Positions 1-12,648 of a DNA stretch of 40,775 nt are shown piece after piece. The position numbers and the translations under genes are program-made. Under the pieces are notes generated by a model. The model ran no database searches. It was not told the origin of the DNA and saw nothing but the letters and a program-made list of their open reading frames with translations. Position 1 is the first letter of the stretch. Each line of letters begins with the position of its first letter. This DNA is from Hyphochytrium catenoides (Eukaryota > Protista > Hyphochytriomycota): positions 1 through 40,775 of the forward strand of contig FLMG01002572.1 of assembly GCA_900088475.1 (NCBI GenBank), given 5' to 3'.

Positions 1-1717
1 GGCGCCAAGTGATATACTCTTCCTGGTCTGATAAGCGGCGTCCGGTGGACGTGCTGTCTTTCACCTCTAAAGATACCCGCGAACTGTGCAGTAACCAGTC
101 GCCTTACGCCTTGTAATGGACTTGCTTGTAAAGTGCCAGAAGCAGCTTGTGCGCGCAAGAGGCTTGACGGGAAGTAGCGCAAGTAGGCCCCGGTCTTTGC
201 TAGTGACCCAGTTAAAAGTGCTCCACCTTGGGTTTCGAGAGCTGCAACTCCTGCTATCAAAGAATAATCTCAACCTCGGACTGAGGGAACTTACTGGCGG
301 GTGCCCTACCCCAGACCGAGTCTAACACCCTTGAATGAGAGCTGATGAGCTGCATGGAGAGATGAGCAGATTGGACAAGCTTCTGAACTCTCTAGGAAGA
401 AGCTTGGCGTTGTCTGCTTCTGGATTCCTACCTGCACCACGCCTCCAACGTGGAGGTTTTAGCAAGGGAGCAGCAAGGAAGAACAAGTAGTTCCAAGGGC
501 GACAGAGTGAAAGGAGATAGAATGCTATGGAACATAAATAAACCTACTGAATACAAATAAAGAATACCCAAAGGCAGACAGAGCTCATTCGTGTAGAGAC
601 AGAGTTGACTTGAGACAAGTTCACAAGGAAAACAGGTCTAAGAATGTTTGTAGGAAGGCCACATGATAGGGGACTTAGTCTCAGACCAATAATTCCGAAC
701 TAGCGCCAGGTAGTTCTAAATAGAGCAATGTGGTGCTATGACTATTGAGAATTATTAGTTTTAAAGTTCACAACTATGAATTTATTGAAAGAGAAATGAG
801 TTTGTTACTCTCGTCCATAAAGCTCTAACATAAATACGCTTCATTTCCACAATAAGGGCAAAAAAGAACAGACAGAATATTTATTTTGTAAAAATAAGAA
901 CCACTGCCCGCATAGCCTTTGGAGCTTTGATGAAGCCTTGATGGAAACGTTCTGTTACCTGCAGGCAATAGAAAGAGCTTCATAAGTGTGAAGATGTAGT
1001 GCGAAGCTTAGCTCCTGCGGGAGGAGAGCGTTGAAGCTACAGTCAAAAAGCTGCCACCGCAAGAATCGAGATGCTTGAGGGGAGGTCTTAGGGATGCGCA
1101 ATATGTGCCTCGGCCGATGTTGATCGATCAGACGACCTGAGGCAGGGAGAATGCTTTGGTAGGCTATATCCGCATTAACTGTTACCTCCTTGGCACGTCA
1201 TAACCCTAAGCATGGTGCGCGGCTTGGCTCGATGGTCACCAAGCCTTCACCAAAGTAAGTCTTCACCTGCTGCACATCTGTTCCTAAAGACCCTCCGCCC
1301 TCCTTGGTACAGGTATGGTACAAGGAGTGCGCTACGAAGAACATGACCATCTATGCCCTGCTGCGCTCACCCTCATCATAGACCACGATGTTGGTGGGAC
1401 TCAAGAAGACATATGTACCCTCAGCAAATGGATTGGTGGGCCTCTGCCACTCGTTCGCTCTTCCAGATCGTCAATCGAGCGCCAATGAGGCTAGAGGAAA
1501 TGACGTCGCAACCCACACGGAAGAATGGCTGCCCACAAGTTAGCAAAACTAATGTCTTGATATCTTTTGAAAAATGAAGTCAATTATCCAAAACCCACTC
1601 GCTTTGCATGAGTATGCCCAACTACCGCAGCAGGCTACTTCTGCATCAGGGCGGCTCTACCACGTGCATCCCATATTTCTAAAAGCTTTTAATATGATCT
1701 CGTTAAGCTGCGGTGCC

Positions 1718-4695
1718 TCAATAAAGCCGGATCCTCGCTGTGACGGCCTGCCGACAGATCGGACAGAACGACATCTGTGGAGCGCAGACTTCGCAGAGTT
1801 GGTGGCCGCAGCTAGCACGAGAGCGACGAGAGGGTGAATAAAGCAATCAGAAAGCAAAGGATTTCAACGGTTAGTAAAGCAAACAATGACGGTTGCACTC
1901 TCATCTCACTTACTTGAACGCGGTATTCTTGGGTCGCTCCATACACACTGCAGAGGGGAGGCAATAAATGTTAGTCTACCAGGGCTTATAATTATAGAGT
2001 CTCGCTTAGTCATAGTGAGGGAAAGGTATCAGCATAGGCACTTCCACGTGGACAAAGCAGGCAGAAGGGCATTGCACTGGATAAAAGCTAACACTCTAGC
2101 CGTCGTTGCTAACCTGTGCACAACTTTTCGTCAGCCATAGGTGCTGGCGGTGCTGAGGCTGGTGAGAGGGAGTGTGCGCTTGCCTATAAATGTGCCGAGA
2201 ACGTTTCGGCCATCCGAGCTGTTAGACACGAAAGCTGTGTTTATGGCGATGACTCGTCCTTACCGGTGAGGTGTGGAAGGATGGCGATATAGAGTGCGCG
2301 CTTACTCGGGGAGCAGCCGTCCCGCATACAGCACATTGGGGAGCACCAATGACATTAAATGAGGTGCAGCCCTGACATTGCCATTGCTAAGAAGGAAGAA
2401 GTAATAGAATTTAGCTAAGGACTTTGAACACCTAAGTAAGTATGCCCGAACAGGATACAGCCAAAGCTCTGGTGTACCCAGCAAGCGAAAGGCAGGAAGG
2501 GTGCGGGTAGATGTCAGGAAAAGGAGGAGCTGTTGCGGAAGTGAAGCGGTAACGATTCCAAAAAGACACTACAGCCTAAGCTCTGAGTACCTGTGTTCCA
2601 GCAGTTTGAGCAGCAGGTGGAATTGGTGGCGCGACCGGTACCCCCACAGGTGGAACAGGATAACCAGGCACGCCGCCCACGACCTGACCAGGCATGGCAT
2701 ATGCAGGAACACCCCCAGGGACAGCAGCGGGGACCACAGCTTTCTTTGGGGGCGGAGGCAGGACCTTGATGTTTGGTACATAGACGTCTGCATTGCGGGT
2801 CAAGAAATGGTGAGAACAAAGTTGTAAGGGGTCTATTAATGCCCCAGGCCATCCAGCATACCCCGGCATTTACATTTAGGTGAGAAAGAGCAAACTAGGA
2901 GGTTACAGGGAATAAAGCAAGGAAAAACCTAAAGGTAGGGAGGAGGGAGTTCAGGATAGAAGAATTGTAGCTTACTGTTCATTCGTGTGCCCAGTCTGAG
3001 TCTTTGAATGGCTTTGTACTGATCTGGAACCTCCATCAAAGCCCTGAGGGCAAAGGCTGGCAGAGGATTATGGGGGAAGGTTGTCACCACTCTATGGAAC
3101 TCCACAAACTGAAAGTTGTCAAATGTCCGCTGGGGCAGGCTGTCATCAAATTGGCGCATCATATCCCAGGGGCCATCACCCACGCCCACCAGCACGATGC
3201 TGAGAGGAAAGTTGCTGTACAGCGGTAGGGAGAAGCGCGAGAACATGCATAGAAACCAGAGATTAGTCCAGGCTGTAAGGGGCTAGCGCGTAACTTAAAC
3301 GCTAGGCAGTGCAGGAAAAGGAGGTAATAGAGTGATCGACAACGCCACGGTATAACGAAAAGACCCAGAGCGTGAAGCAGACTAGCACCCTAAGAGCGTC
3401 TGGGGAGTCCATAGAGGACCCTCGCCTTACCTTGCTCTGACAATGGCATCGACCGTGTCCTGCTCTTGGGGAGAAAACTGCCCGTAGCGCAAATCTGAAG
3501 AGCGTGTCACCTGGCCGTCTGCCACAATGACGAGAATATGGTACTTCATCGTCCTCTTAACGATGTCAACTGCCTTGTTGATAATCGGACCAAAGGAAGT
3601 AGGCCCAGCCAAGTTGACGTTGGGCACAATCTCGCGGTAGCTTTATATTGAGCGAGCAACAACGTTCCCACAAAGAGAAGAAGAGCGAGCGCAGGATTAA
3701 TTGGGAATTATGTGTGAGATGATGTCGCAAGGAGGTGAGCTATGCATGGCGAGAGCAGCGAAGGAGATACTGATGTAAAGCTCAGAGAAAGGAAGATTGC
3801 CGAATTCAAAGAGGTAAACGGGGCAAACTTTACCAGCTAAGAACGTTCTGGAAAGTGTGGCATGGCTCCTCGTTAGGAAGGAAGCCAAAGACTCCCATGT
3901 CGCCAGTGGTAGCATCTCCGAACCCATATGCAGGAATGAGCTTGTCATCGTCTGTCGAAGCACAGGAAGAGTGTCCGAGGTTAGACCGTAGAAAATAGAA
4001 ACGGAGTGAGGGAGAGGAAAGAGAAAGCGTGGGAAGAATTATAGGGCAAGGGAACGAGAAGGAGCTTGCGGTGAGACGAGGGAAGCCTCGAAAAGGACGC
4101 ACCAAATGGTTCTAATGTCTGGCCAATGGTAGCGATAGCCTGCTCGTAAGGGTTCATGGCTCCAGGCAGCACATCATGAAGGGAACGACCGCCAAACGTT
4201 CGCTTTCCCGTCCATTTGTTCGAGCTAGTGACTGCACAAATGCCAAGGTAAATGGGGAGACGAAGCCAACACCAGAAGCCTTGACTTAGGAAGAATGGCG
4301 GACTAGTTCAACATGTCAGAAAGAATAAGAGAACGTAAGGAAGAGGAGTGCTTTAGAGATGGACAGGTGTCACAGGGCCAGAGCCTGAGGTTGCATTGAG
4401 ATGAAAGCGACCAGCAGGTAGCCCAAAGAGAAAAGGGTAAAAGATGTGAGGCTTACAGTCGACGCCCAGGATGAGGTTACTGCTTTCGAGTCCGGATCTC
4501 TGCAGCTCTACACAGCACGAGGACAGTTACTTGCCTGGAGCTCCACGGCATCTGATCCCTTTCTCACTTCTCTTCTTTACCTGCTGTCACCTGATCTATC
4601 GTCTGAAACCTGTCAGCAATGGCTTTAAAGTTGATGCTTGTGTTCTTGGGAGCCATCCCGGGCCGCCGCCCCTTTCCGCTCTGATTGTTACCCAT
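1718..4695 (-). CDS. RGLG: RGLG-type E3 ubiquitin ligase: N-myristoylation motif, copine/vWA domain, Pro-rich linker, RanBP2/NZF zinc finger, C-terminal C3HC4 RING (11 exons)
   Basis: Spliced translation starts MGNNQS, then [126 protein letters not shown]; ends [41 protein letters not shown] (TGA 1720-1718). All introns GT-AG and in phase. Confidence 0.93.
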
Positions 4696-5056
4696 CGCTA
4701 CAGAGCTTATCGGTCGGGGTTTCCGCGGAGGTTAGCTACGAGCGATGTGTTTGCACGGTATAATAAAGACAACGGAGAAAGGTGCTTTAGAGATTCTGAT
4801 GGGTTGTGTCGTCTGCCGATGCTGGACTGAGAGCCTCACCGCTAGACTGGAACAGCGACAGGAAGAGAAGAGAGAGAAGAGAGAGAAAAGAAAGCCAGAG
4901 AGACAGCCCAGTGAGAGAGAGAGAGTTGTGAGAGAGAGAGTGAAGCTGGAGACTGATAAGAAAAGGAGGTCCCTGTAGGTCGTACGAGTAGGTTGCTATC
5001 CGTCAGAGGCCATTGTGGGCCCAAAAGGAGGTTCTACTTGTACTGCCAGAGCGCTG

Positions 5057-5059
<3 letters not shown>

Positions 5060-5109
<50 letters not shown>

Positions 5110-5174
5110 GAGAGAAGAGAACGAAAAGCAGACTGGGCAAGAGGCAGAACCGGCAACGCAGCGAAGAGATACAA

Positions 5175-5209
<35 letters not shown>
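5060..5209. repeat. (GA)n microsatellites (two tracts, ~5060-5115 and ~5174-5209)
   Basis: Directly visible AG dinucleotide runs upstream of the RGLG start. Confidence 0.95.
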
Positions 5210-5654
5210 AGACAACCCATCTGTCCAAATTCTAAAAGTCTCCAGCACTACATAGCTCTTCTTAGAAGAAGGAATACGACGATTTGTAGTGACAGAACTA
5301 CGGCTTCTGGCTGTTACTAATATTGTAGTCAATACTGAAAGACTACTCCACTCCCCCAACCCTTTAGGGGCGTGTTATACGACTATAATGGGAACAAACA
5401 TCATTAACGACCATGGTTTGTCCTTGCGCCAGAGCTCATCATGTACTATAGCACGCCTATCCTTCGTGTGATGTCTCTTCTTCTCCTCTCTTCTTGTTGT
5501 TGATATGCTGGCTATGACGGCCATGATTGATAGCAGTAGCGCCTTTCACCTCTTTTCAACGAGTACAAGCTATAACAGCCACAGAAGAGAGAGAGTAATG
5601 AATCGTCCACCACAAGACCACAAGAGAATGAGAGATGTGGAAGCGGAGGATAGG

Positions 5655-5718
5655 TAGTCTTCCCTTCTTTACTCCGTAATGATAGTCTTCCCTTACTTTC
5701 GAATGATAGTCTTCCCTT
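5655..5718. repeat. Three copies of TAGTCTTCCCTT (starts 5655, 5683, 5707)
   Basis: Directly visible short degenerate tandem repeat. Confidence 0.7.
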
Positions 5719-6692
5719 GATTCGTAATCTCTATTCTCCTGCCTGGGCAGTAGCTCGCAATGCTTTTCTGTGCTACCCACTTCTATCTCCCTCAATGATT
5801 GTCGCAATAATGTCACCGGAAACAAGATAGTCCGTAGTACGAGATGGGAATGCATTAGCAGTAGCCCGGATGGCCGACGAAAATTTTATCTACTATGATA
5901 CGCAGATTTATTTTTTGAAGAAATAGCTGCCTGAGGCGATACCCTACCAAAACTCGATGGCCAAAGACGGGTCCACTCTTTTTCTTGGTTTCATTACTGG
6001 AGCGAGGAAGAGATGCGAACAGCAAAGGTAATAGAGAACCAAGAACGGGACCGCAGTCTTTGCTGGTTAGTCATGTTCTATAGTAGGTAGTACGCGAGAC
6101 TACACATGATTGCGGAGGATGAGAATACGCTCGAACAAGAAGAAGGAGGCTGCTGCTGAGTCAACTATGGTCTTGGCTTGAGAGCAACAAGGTCAGTCTT
6201 TTAGAAGGAATCCTTGGTTCGACGGGGAGAGAGCGCAACCTGAGACATCTCAATACATACAATGTTGCAGCGAAACGTAGAAGAACAGTGCAACAAGAGT
6301 CAACTGGAGTTCAACTTGAACAATGGGCAGACGTCCATCAACACTTAAATAAAGCAAACGTCCCTGCTTGGCAGAGCGGCTTGCCCAACACTGTACGATA
6401 GTGCTACACCTACACCACAAGTGACGAAGAGTAAGGGAGACCTGCTTGAGGCTGCTTCCTCTGCCGTCTCTTCACATTCTGGTGTTGATGGTGGGTGAAC
6501 CATCATCTTCCAAGCATGATGATTGGCGTCTAAAGAAAGAAATAGGAAGAACTGATAGCATCCCTTCTTCCTCGTAAGAGACATGTTGATCCTATCAACC
6601 GCTTTCTTGGCAGTGCCAGAGGAAGAAGGTAGGGCAACAGATACCATGTGAGACTACCTATTACGCGCTCGCTCATCATCACTGCTCCTCAC

Positions 6693-6714
6693 CGCTGCTG
6701 CTGCTGCTGCTGCT
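6693..6714. repeat. (GCT)n trinucleotide microsatellite
   Basis: About 7 GCT units. Confidence 0.85.
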
Positions 6715-7226
6715 GTGCTGAACGGTTCCGCACCATCGACCGAGGAAGATCTTTCCCGCAAAATGTCGCAGAGGTGGACCAGAACTCTGAAAGCTGAATA
6801 TCTCTTCAATTGTTCAATCCTAAATCGACAATTACGGATTGAGTTCGCCCAAAGCTCCGAGAGGGCTTGTCATACTTCCTGTTCAAGCCCGCCATGTTGG
6901 TTCAAAGAAAGGCGGCCCTGCTTATAAGAGACAGTCATACATTCTTCGCCATAATAAAGGCATGCCTCACCTGCTTACAGGGGAGGGGCTAAAGAGGGCA
7001 CGGAGCAAGTTTCGAGCACAGGACGAACCAAAGGGCCAGCTGTGCACCACCCACCCACCATCTTCTTATAGGCTTACACAGTAATATATGGTTTCTAGGG
7101 GCGGATGAGAATGCCAAAACTCACCCAATCACAAGCACACCTTCATCTTTTACGGATGTAATAATGTCTTGAACTCAACTTTCTATTACAGTTTACATTA
7201 TTGTTATTAGGTAGTAGTATGCCTGA

Positions 7227-7699
7227 TTGCTGGAGCTAAACACATCGCTGTACCGAAAATACATCATCAGGGCAAGAGAAGGGGCACGGACTATCTTCCA
7301 ATTTCTAGAGGGCCAGTCTCTTCCGTTACAAGGCAGTTGGAGGGTATGGCGGCGAAGGATTGGACCCACAGACTTGGTATGGATGGTGGAACTCTTTGAA
7401 GTTAACAATTTTTATTTTACCGCCAGACAGATTAACGTTAAAGGCCGTATACCTGGCGCACGAGATATAGACCCCAGAACCATATGGGAAGGTTAGCCAG
7501 AGTGGCAAGAGATAGTGGAGGGCGATAAACAGAGTTTCAACGAGGTACACCGACCAAGGTATAATAAATATGGATTTGGTCCAAATGGGCGAAACAGAGT
7601 ATTTGTGAGAAAGGAGGGGGATGAAGACGAGGCCGAAGAACAGCAAGACAGAGAGCATGGGACACAACAGACCCCAAAAAGCCTTTCCGGAAAATTTTC
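7227..7699 (+). pseudogene. Possible decayed intronless ORF (TE or viral relic?), unassigned
   Basis: ORFs 7227-7496 and 7515-7699 are in the same frame, separated by a single TAG (..RTIWEG*PEWQEIVEGD..); the frame runs into the N-gap; no family recognised. Confidence 0.25.
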
Positions 7700-7712
7700 N
7701 NNNNNNNNNNNN
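7700..7712. other. Assembly gap (13 N)
   Basis: Run of n characters. Confidence 1.
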
Positions 7713-7912
7713 CTGTCTCGTTCAACCCTCTGTGAGTTCCCCATTCTCTCTGTTCCCTGGTTCGGCTTGAAGAAGCGCCCTCCTGACAGCGCCCAAGCAC
7801 CCAAGCACGTCAAAAAGAGGCAGCACATTGAGGGCGGGGGGACGAGCGGCGAGCAAGACAGAGAAAGGGAAAGAAGGGGAGGAAGAGAAGGTTACAAACT
7901 GCTGGCATAAAA

Positions 7913-7913
<1 letters not shown>

Positions 7914-7945
<32 letters not shown>
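7914..7945. repeat. (CT)n microsatellite
   Basis: Directly visible. Confidence 0.95.
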
Positions 7946-7947
<2 letters not shown>

Positions 7948-8640
7948 CAGTCTGCTATCATTGTCTTCTCTAACACGGCAGCTCGCTCTTTCTCTCCCGC
8001 TTGTTCAGCGTCCTATCCCTCAACGGCAACAATCATTGCTCTGCGGTGTCGTGCGAGGGATGTTCCCGCAAGCCCATAGGAAGCCCATTGATTGCTTCTC
8101 TCGCACTTTATCCTCCTCATCTTCTTCTGCTTGAGCCGCAGTTCAACATAACAGAGCACAAGCTATCAGCCGTCAATCTGACATCACGGGAAGAGCCCAC
8201 CTATCACCCTTTCTCCCTTCCTGTTCCCATCCTCTTTCTCTTGTCTCTCTCTCTCTCTCACCTATAAGTGGTTCTCGTCCTTCCCCTCGACTGTGTGAGG
8301 CAACGCAGATTTAACCTCCTGGCGCCTCGAACCTCCAGAGTTCGTGCTGTGTATCATCACTTGGAGCAGCCACTGGTTCGCTTCTCTTCGGCCCTGCGGT
8401 TCCCCATGCGCGTACGGCCTTTGTCTCTCTTCAGTCCATTGACCTCAGACAGAGAGACACGTCTGTAAATTAGCTGCATCAGTCACTCTTTCAAGGTTGC
8501 GGTGAGACGCTACATGCCGGCGATGCCTCTCAGGCGACGAATTCCACTCTCCCTTCCCTACTGACAAGAGAGACACGACTATCCTCTACCTCAGAGGCAG
8601 ACACGTATAGGCTCTCTATAGCCTGAGCTCCGCGCATGCG

Positions 8641-11600
8641 ATGGGGAAAGCCTCCGGCCCAATAATGCCAAAGTGTCCCGGAGCTGTCTTCGCAAGGCTC
8701 CCCGCCTATAATCCTTTCGTGGGGACCTTTCACCATGCCCCAAGGTACAACCTGTCCCTCTCTCCTCCCCAACCCCGCGTCTTACTGTCCGATGGTCTTC
8801 TGCACGGCTAGTGTCCAATCTCTCTTGCTCTGTCTCCGCGCTCTCGGGTCTCAAAGTTCCTTGAGGCTTAACTCCTCTTGGTCCCCATTGTCGGACCCTT
8901 CCGCGATGCTTGTCTTCTTCTAATCATCATCTTTCTGTCTAGTGCTGGCAATAGGAGCGCAGTCTACTTCGCGGGGGAGCTTGTAACAACGGACGAGCTA
9001 GAACAGCGAAAGAAGTTCAAGCATCATCCACTGACTGGCACCTTCCACACCCTGCCTGGCTTCTATGACCCTCTGCACCATGTGTGGCGGATTGGCATGG
9101 CCGAAGCCGCAGGAGGAGGCGCTGCAGGAGGCAAAGATGTCCACGAAGTAAATGATAAGCTCACTAGCAGTCTTATGAGACAGCATGACCTCCTCTCACA
9201 AAGCAAGAAGTCTGATGCAGGGCTGGATAAAGGGGGCACAGCGCCTGGCTTAGCAGGCTTGACGGCAATGGTGAGCTTTGTCCGCTTGCTCTCGCTTTCC
9301 ATTGGCCTTCGCTCTCGATCCTCTCCTCTTCCTTGGATCTAGCGAGCCAGAAAGCTCTCATCTTACTCGTTACGATCTTAGACTGTCGAAGCTCTTTCCT
9401 TCTTCCCCATCACCTGCTCCGTATCTCATCGTTCTGCTGTTCTGTGCACATGTGTCCACGTTGAACTCTAAGTCGAGTTGCTATGGTTCGTAGGTTGAAG
9501 ATGACCTAACTTCAGACGAGAGTCAAGACCTCGAGAGCAGGCCTATGACGGACGGAGAAGCTCAATCCCTCTCTGTATGCTCCTCAGATGCAAGTTCGTT
9601 GGCCTTGTCAATGTCAGAGTCCGACGAAGAGGCCATCGAGCCGGTAGATCAGAAGGACCTAGAAAAGGATGTTTCGCTGTTGAGAGGGAGACGTTTCAGT
9701 GATCCTCTGATAGTCAGGGCGACCTCTCTTTCTCCCCCACCTGTCAAATATGCTATGAGAAGGGCCTCTTCACTTCTTGCGGCACCCAGTCTCTACGCAG
9801 AGAAACCTTACCCTGACGGTTTTGTCCTTGAAAAGGCGGCGTTTCGCCCTTCCGACCCTTTGTCTGCTCCTCCGCCACCTCCGGCCAGGAGGAGACCTCC
9901 GCCGACGCAGCCACTAGCGAAAGTCCAAGGTTCAGGAGGTACGTAGAGTAGGCCTGCTCTGTGACGTATGGCTTTTCCCCTTCATGTCCTTTGTTGCGGT
10001 CTGTGATGCTCTTGTCCCTGTTGGCTTGTGCTCTGTCTTCCATAGACTACTCAGCTCAGATGCTATTGGTCCCTTCTGACCTTTGTTCTGATTTTTCGCT
10101 CAATAACAATAGAAAAGCAGAGGACCCGCCTGAATAGCACTGCAGGAGCAGCATACAGCAATGGAACTCGAGCATATCGGGATATTCCCGGAAATGAAGG
10201 GATGCATATAGAGACAACCGTGCCCTCTCCAATCTTAAGGGCTAGGACAAAGAGCGAGCTATCCAGTTCGCCTTCCCTTAGGAGACGGGTCTCAGCAGAA
10301 AATCTTCCTCTAAATAAGGCCTCCCAGCCACTATTTATGGTCTCCCGCCGTCCGTCATGGATCGCTGATGGCTCCCCAGATCTCGTTCTGAACGCCGCAG
10401 ACTACGGAGATGAAGCTGAATTATATGACGCGCTAGAGGTAAGACTCACCCGCCAATGAACTCTAGACAATCACATGGGCTAAGAATCACCTTTTTCTTT
10501 GACTTATCTACCTATCGACGTATCTACCCGTATAGGGGGCTGGCTATATCTCCACAGGTCACGGCTCCTTTCAACGAGTGACACGGTCTGACCAGGAGAG
10601 TGCCTCTTCTCGTCTAAAGAGGGCTAGCAGATCTGAGGCCGGAAGATCTGACCCTGGAACTCGCTTGAGTGATGAGCAGGAGCCTCCTGCGCGGGCGCTG
10701 GCATTGCACCGCTCTTCGAGCACTCCTGCGGGAGGCGCTGTAAGGAGTGCGATGCGGGATGGTAGATCTACCTCTCCTATCAGAGAGTATAGCCAGGGTG
10801 CGCCGCAATTGCCATCAAATCCCTTCATCATCCGTCGAATGTACGACACTAGCGAGATCAGGTAATGACCCCAAATTCAGTCAGTTATGCCGTAGAACAC
10901 CAAGGGCTAACACACTTCGTGCTGGACTTCTTGCTCGTTTGATCTCTTTACGTAGCGCTCTCCCTTTGGGGCAGACCTTTCAACCACCGTCTGCGCTTCT
11001 GGTTAATGACCATGAGGTCACCCATTCCAGCGCTCTGCCACCTTCACCCAGGAGGCGGAGCGCCAGTGCCACAGCTGAGATGCGTCCGTACTTCATTCAT
11101 GAAGTGGCAGTCACGCGCGGTTATGACATAGAGCCAGGGGATGGTACACTAGGAGACGGCAGCTATGCGGTGGTACAACCTGCAGTAAGGAAGAGTAACG
11201 GGCTGAAAGTGGCCATAAAGCAGGTGCACAAGAAGTATCTATTAAACGACGAGGAAAAGGCTGCAGTGAGAAGAGAGGTAGAGATCCATCAGAGATTGAG
11301 ACACAAGCACATTGTCAGGCTGTATGAGGTCTATGAGACGCAAGAGTACCTCTATCTGGTGAGTTTGCCCTTTTGACCGCTTCCCTTCTTTGCCATCATT
11401 TCTAGTTCCGTAGCTGCATGAGACTAACTCAAACATCTGTGTATACTTGTCGCCCTTAGGTCATGGAGCTAGCTTCTAGAGGCACGCTGGAATCCGTTTT
11501 AAGGCGACATCGACGTTTCCCGGAGTCTTTTGCACGCAGGGTCGCTCAGCAGCTGATGAGGGCCGTGCTGCACCTACATGATCATGGTAAGCGCCTTCAG

Positions 11601-12648
11601 CTTCCCCCATCTTCCATCCATGGCTGCCGCGTCTTGTCTAGTTGAGACACTATTGAGGCAGATATCTCTCCACCCCACTCTCCTCAGACAACCTCTTCGT
11701 TCCTCTTATACGCTTCATCTTGCTGCCGCAATATCTGACGGCTGTCCAATCTTCCTTCAGGTGTGCTCCACTGCGATCTCAAGCCGCAGAACATTTTGCT
11801 GGCTGATCCGCCCCGACGGCCGGGCAGCCCTAACGTTCCCAGCGCATCTTATGACCTCATGGTAGGAAGTGCCCGCACCATACCTATCTTTCTTATGCTG
11901 AGTTGGTGCCTTTGGGTTCCCGCCCTCTTCTCCCTTGTTGGACGTGTCGTCGTGCTGTGTGAGTTGATAAATCAGCTGACTGTGTAGACCACTGACATCG
12001 CTTTTGATCCTCTGGGATGTCATACGATAGGAGGGAGATCTGCGCACACTAGATGTTAACTTGAAGCTCTGTGACTTTGGGCTGGCCAGAAAGGTGCCTG
12101 ATGTCCGCTTCTATAAGATCACAGGGGATGTGCATAAGGTACGCACTTATCAAAAATCTCTTGTCTATGGATGCCGCAGAATCCTACACTTCCGCCTAGC
12201 TGCTGCCGCCATAGCGATCAACTTCGTTTTGACCCTGTCACTCTCCACCCCGTCACCGTCTTGGGCTGCTTGACCTTAGCTTAGAGGGATCGACAATCTT
12301 ACGTGTCTGACACTCCTTGGTCGGTTCCTCTAGGTGCCATTCACTGGTGTTACGGGCACTCCGGGATACATTGCCCCAGAGCTAATGTTACGCCAGCCAT
12401 ATGGCAAGCCAGCAGATATGTGGAGTCTCGGCATCATACTTTATGAGATGCTTGTGGGATACACGCCCTTCTACCCTCCTCACGCTTGCCTGGAAGAAGC
12501 TGTGGTTTTTGACTCGAGGGCCTGGAAAGGCATAAGCGATGACGCACAGGATTTAATTCTTCATATGCTGGACCCAGACCCCGAGACTCGCTACACTGTG
12601 CATCAAGCCTTTACGCACAGTTGGTTTGAGTTAGCTTTCTCCTTCTAA
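8641..12648 (+). CDS. CAMK-group Ser/Thr protein kinase (non-RD, HCD) with long low-complexity N-terminus, ~856 aa, 10 exons; start codon uncertain
   Basis: Exons 8641-8744, 8955-9270, 9494-9938, 10113-10438, 10536-10861, 10956-11358, 11460-11586, 11761-11861, 12031-12138, 12334-12648 join in phase. Motifs [99 protein letters not shown]. Confidence 0.92.

Noticed and set aside
1-1600. Splice-like signals and short peptide-like frames on both strands
   Set aside because: No consistent start-to-stop model or recognisable motif; left unassigned
4745-5359. RE/SL-repeat ORFs (also at 39519-40699)
   Set aside because: Translations of GA/CT microsatellites in promoter or intron sequence
5655-5718. 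Spaced short direct repeats resembling a mini-CRISPR
   Set aside because: 12-nt unit, three copies, spacers related to each other, eukaryotic context, no cas genes
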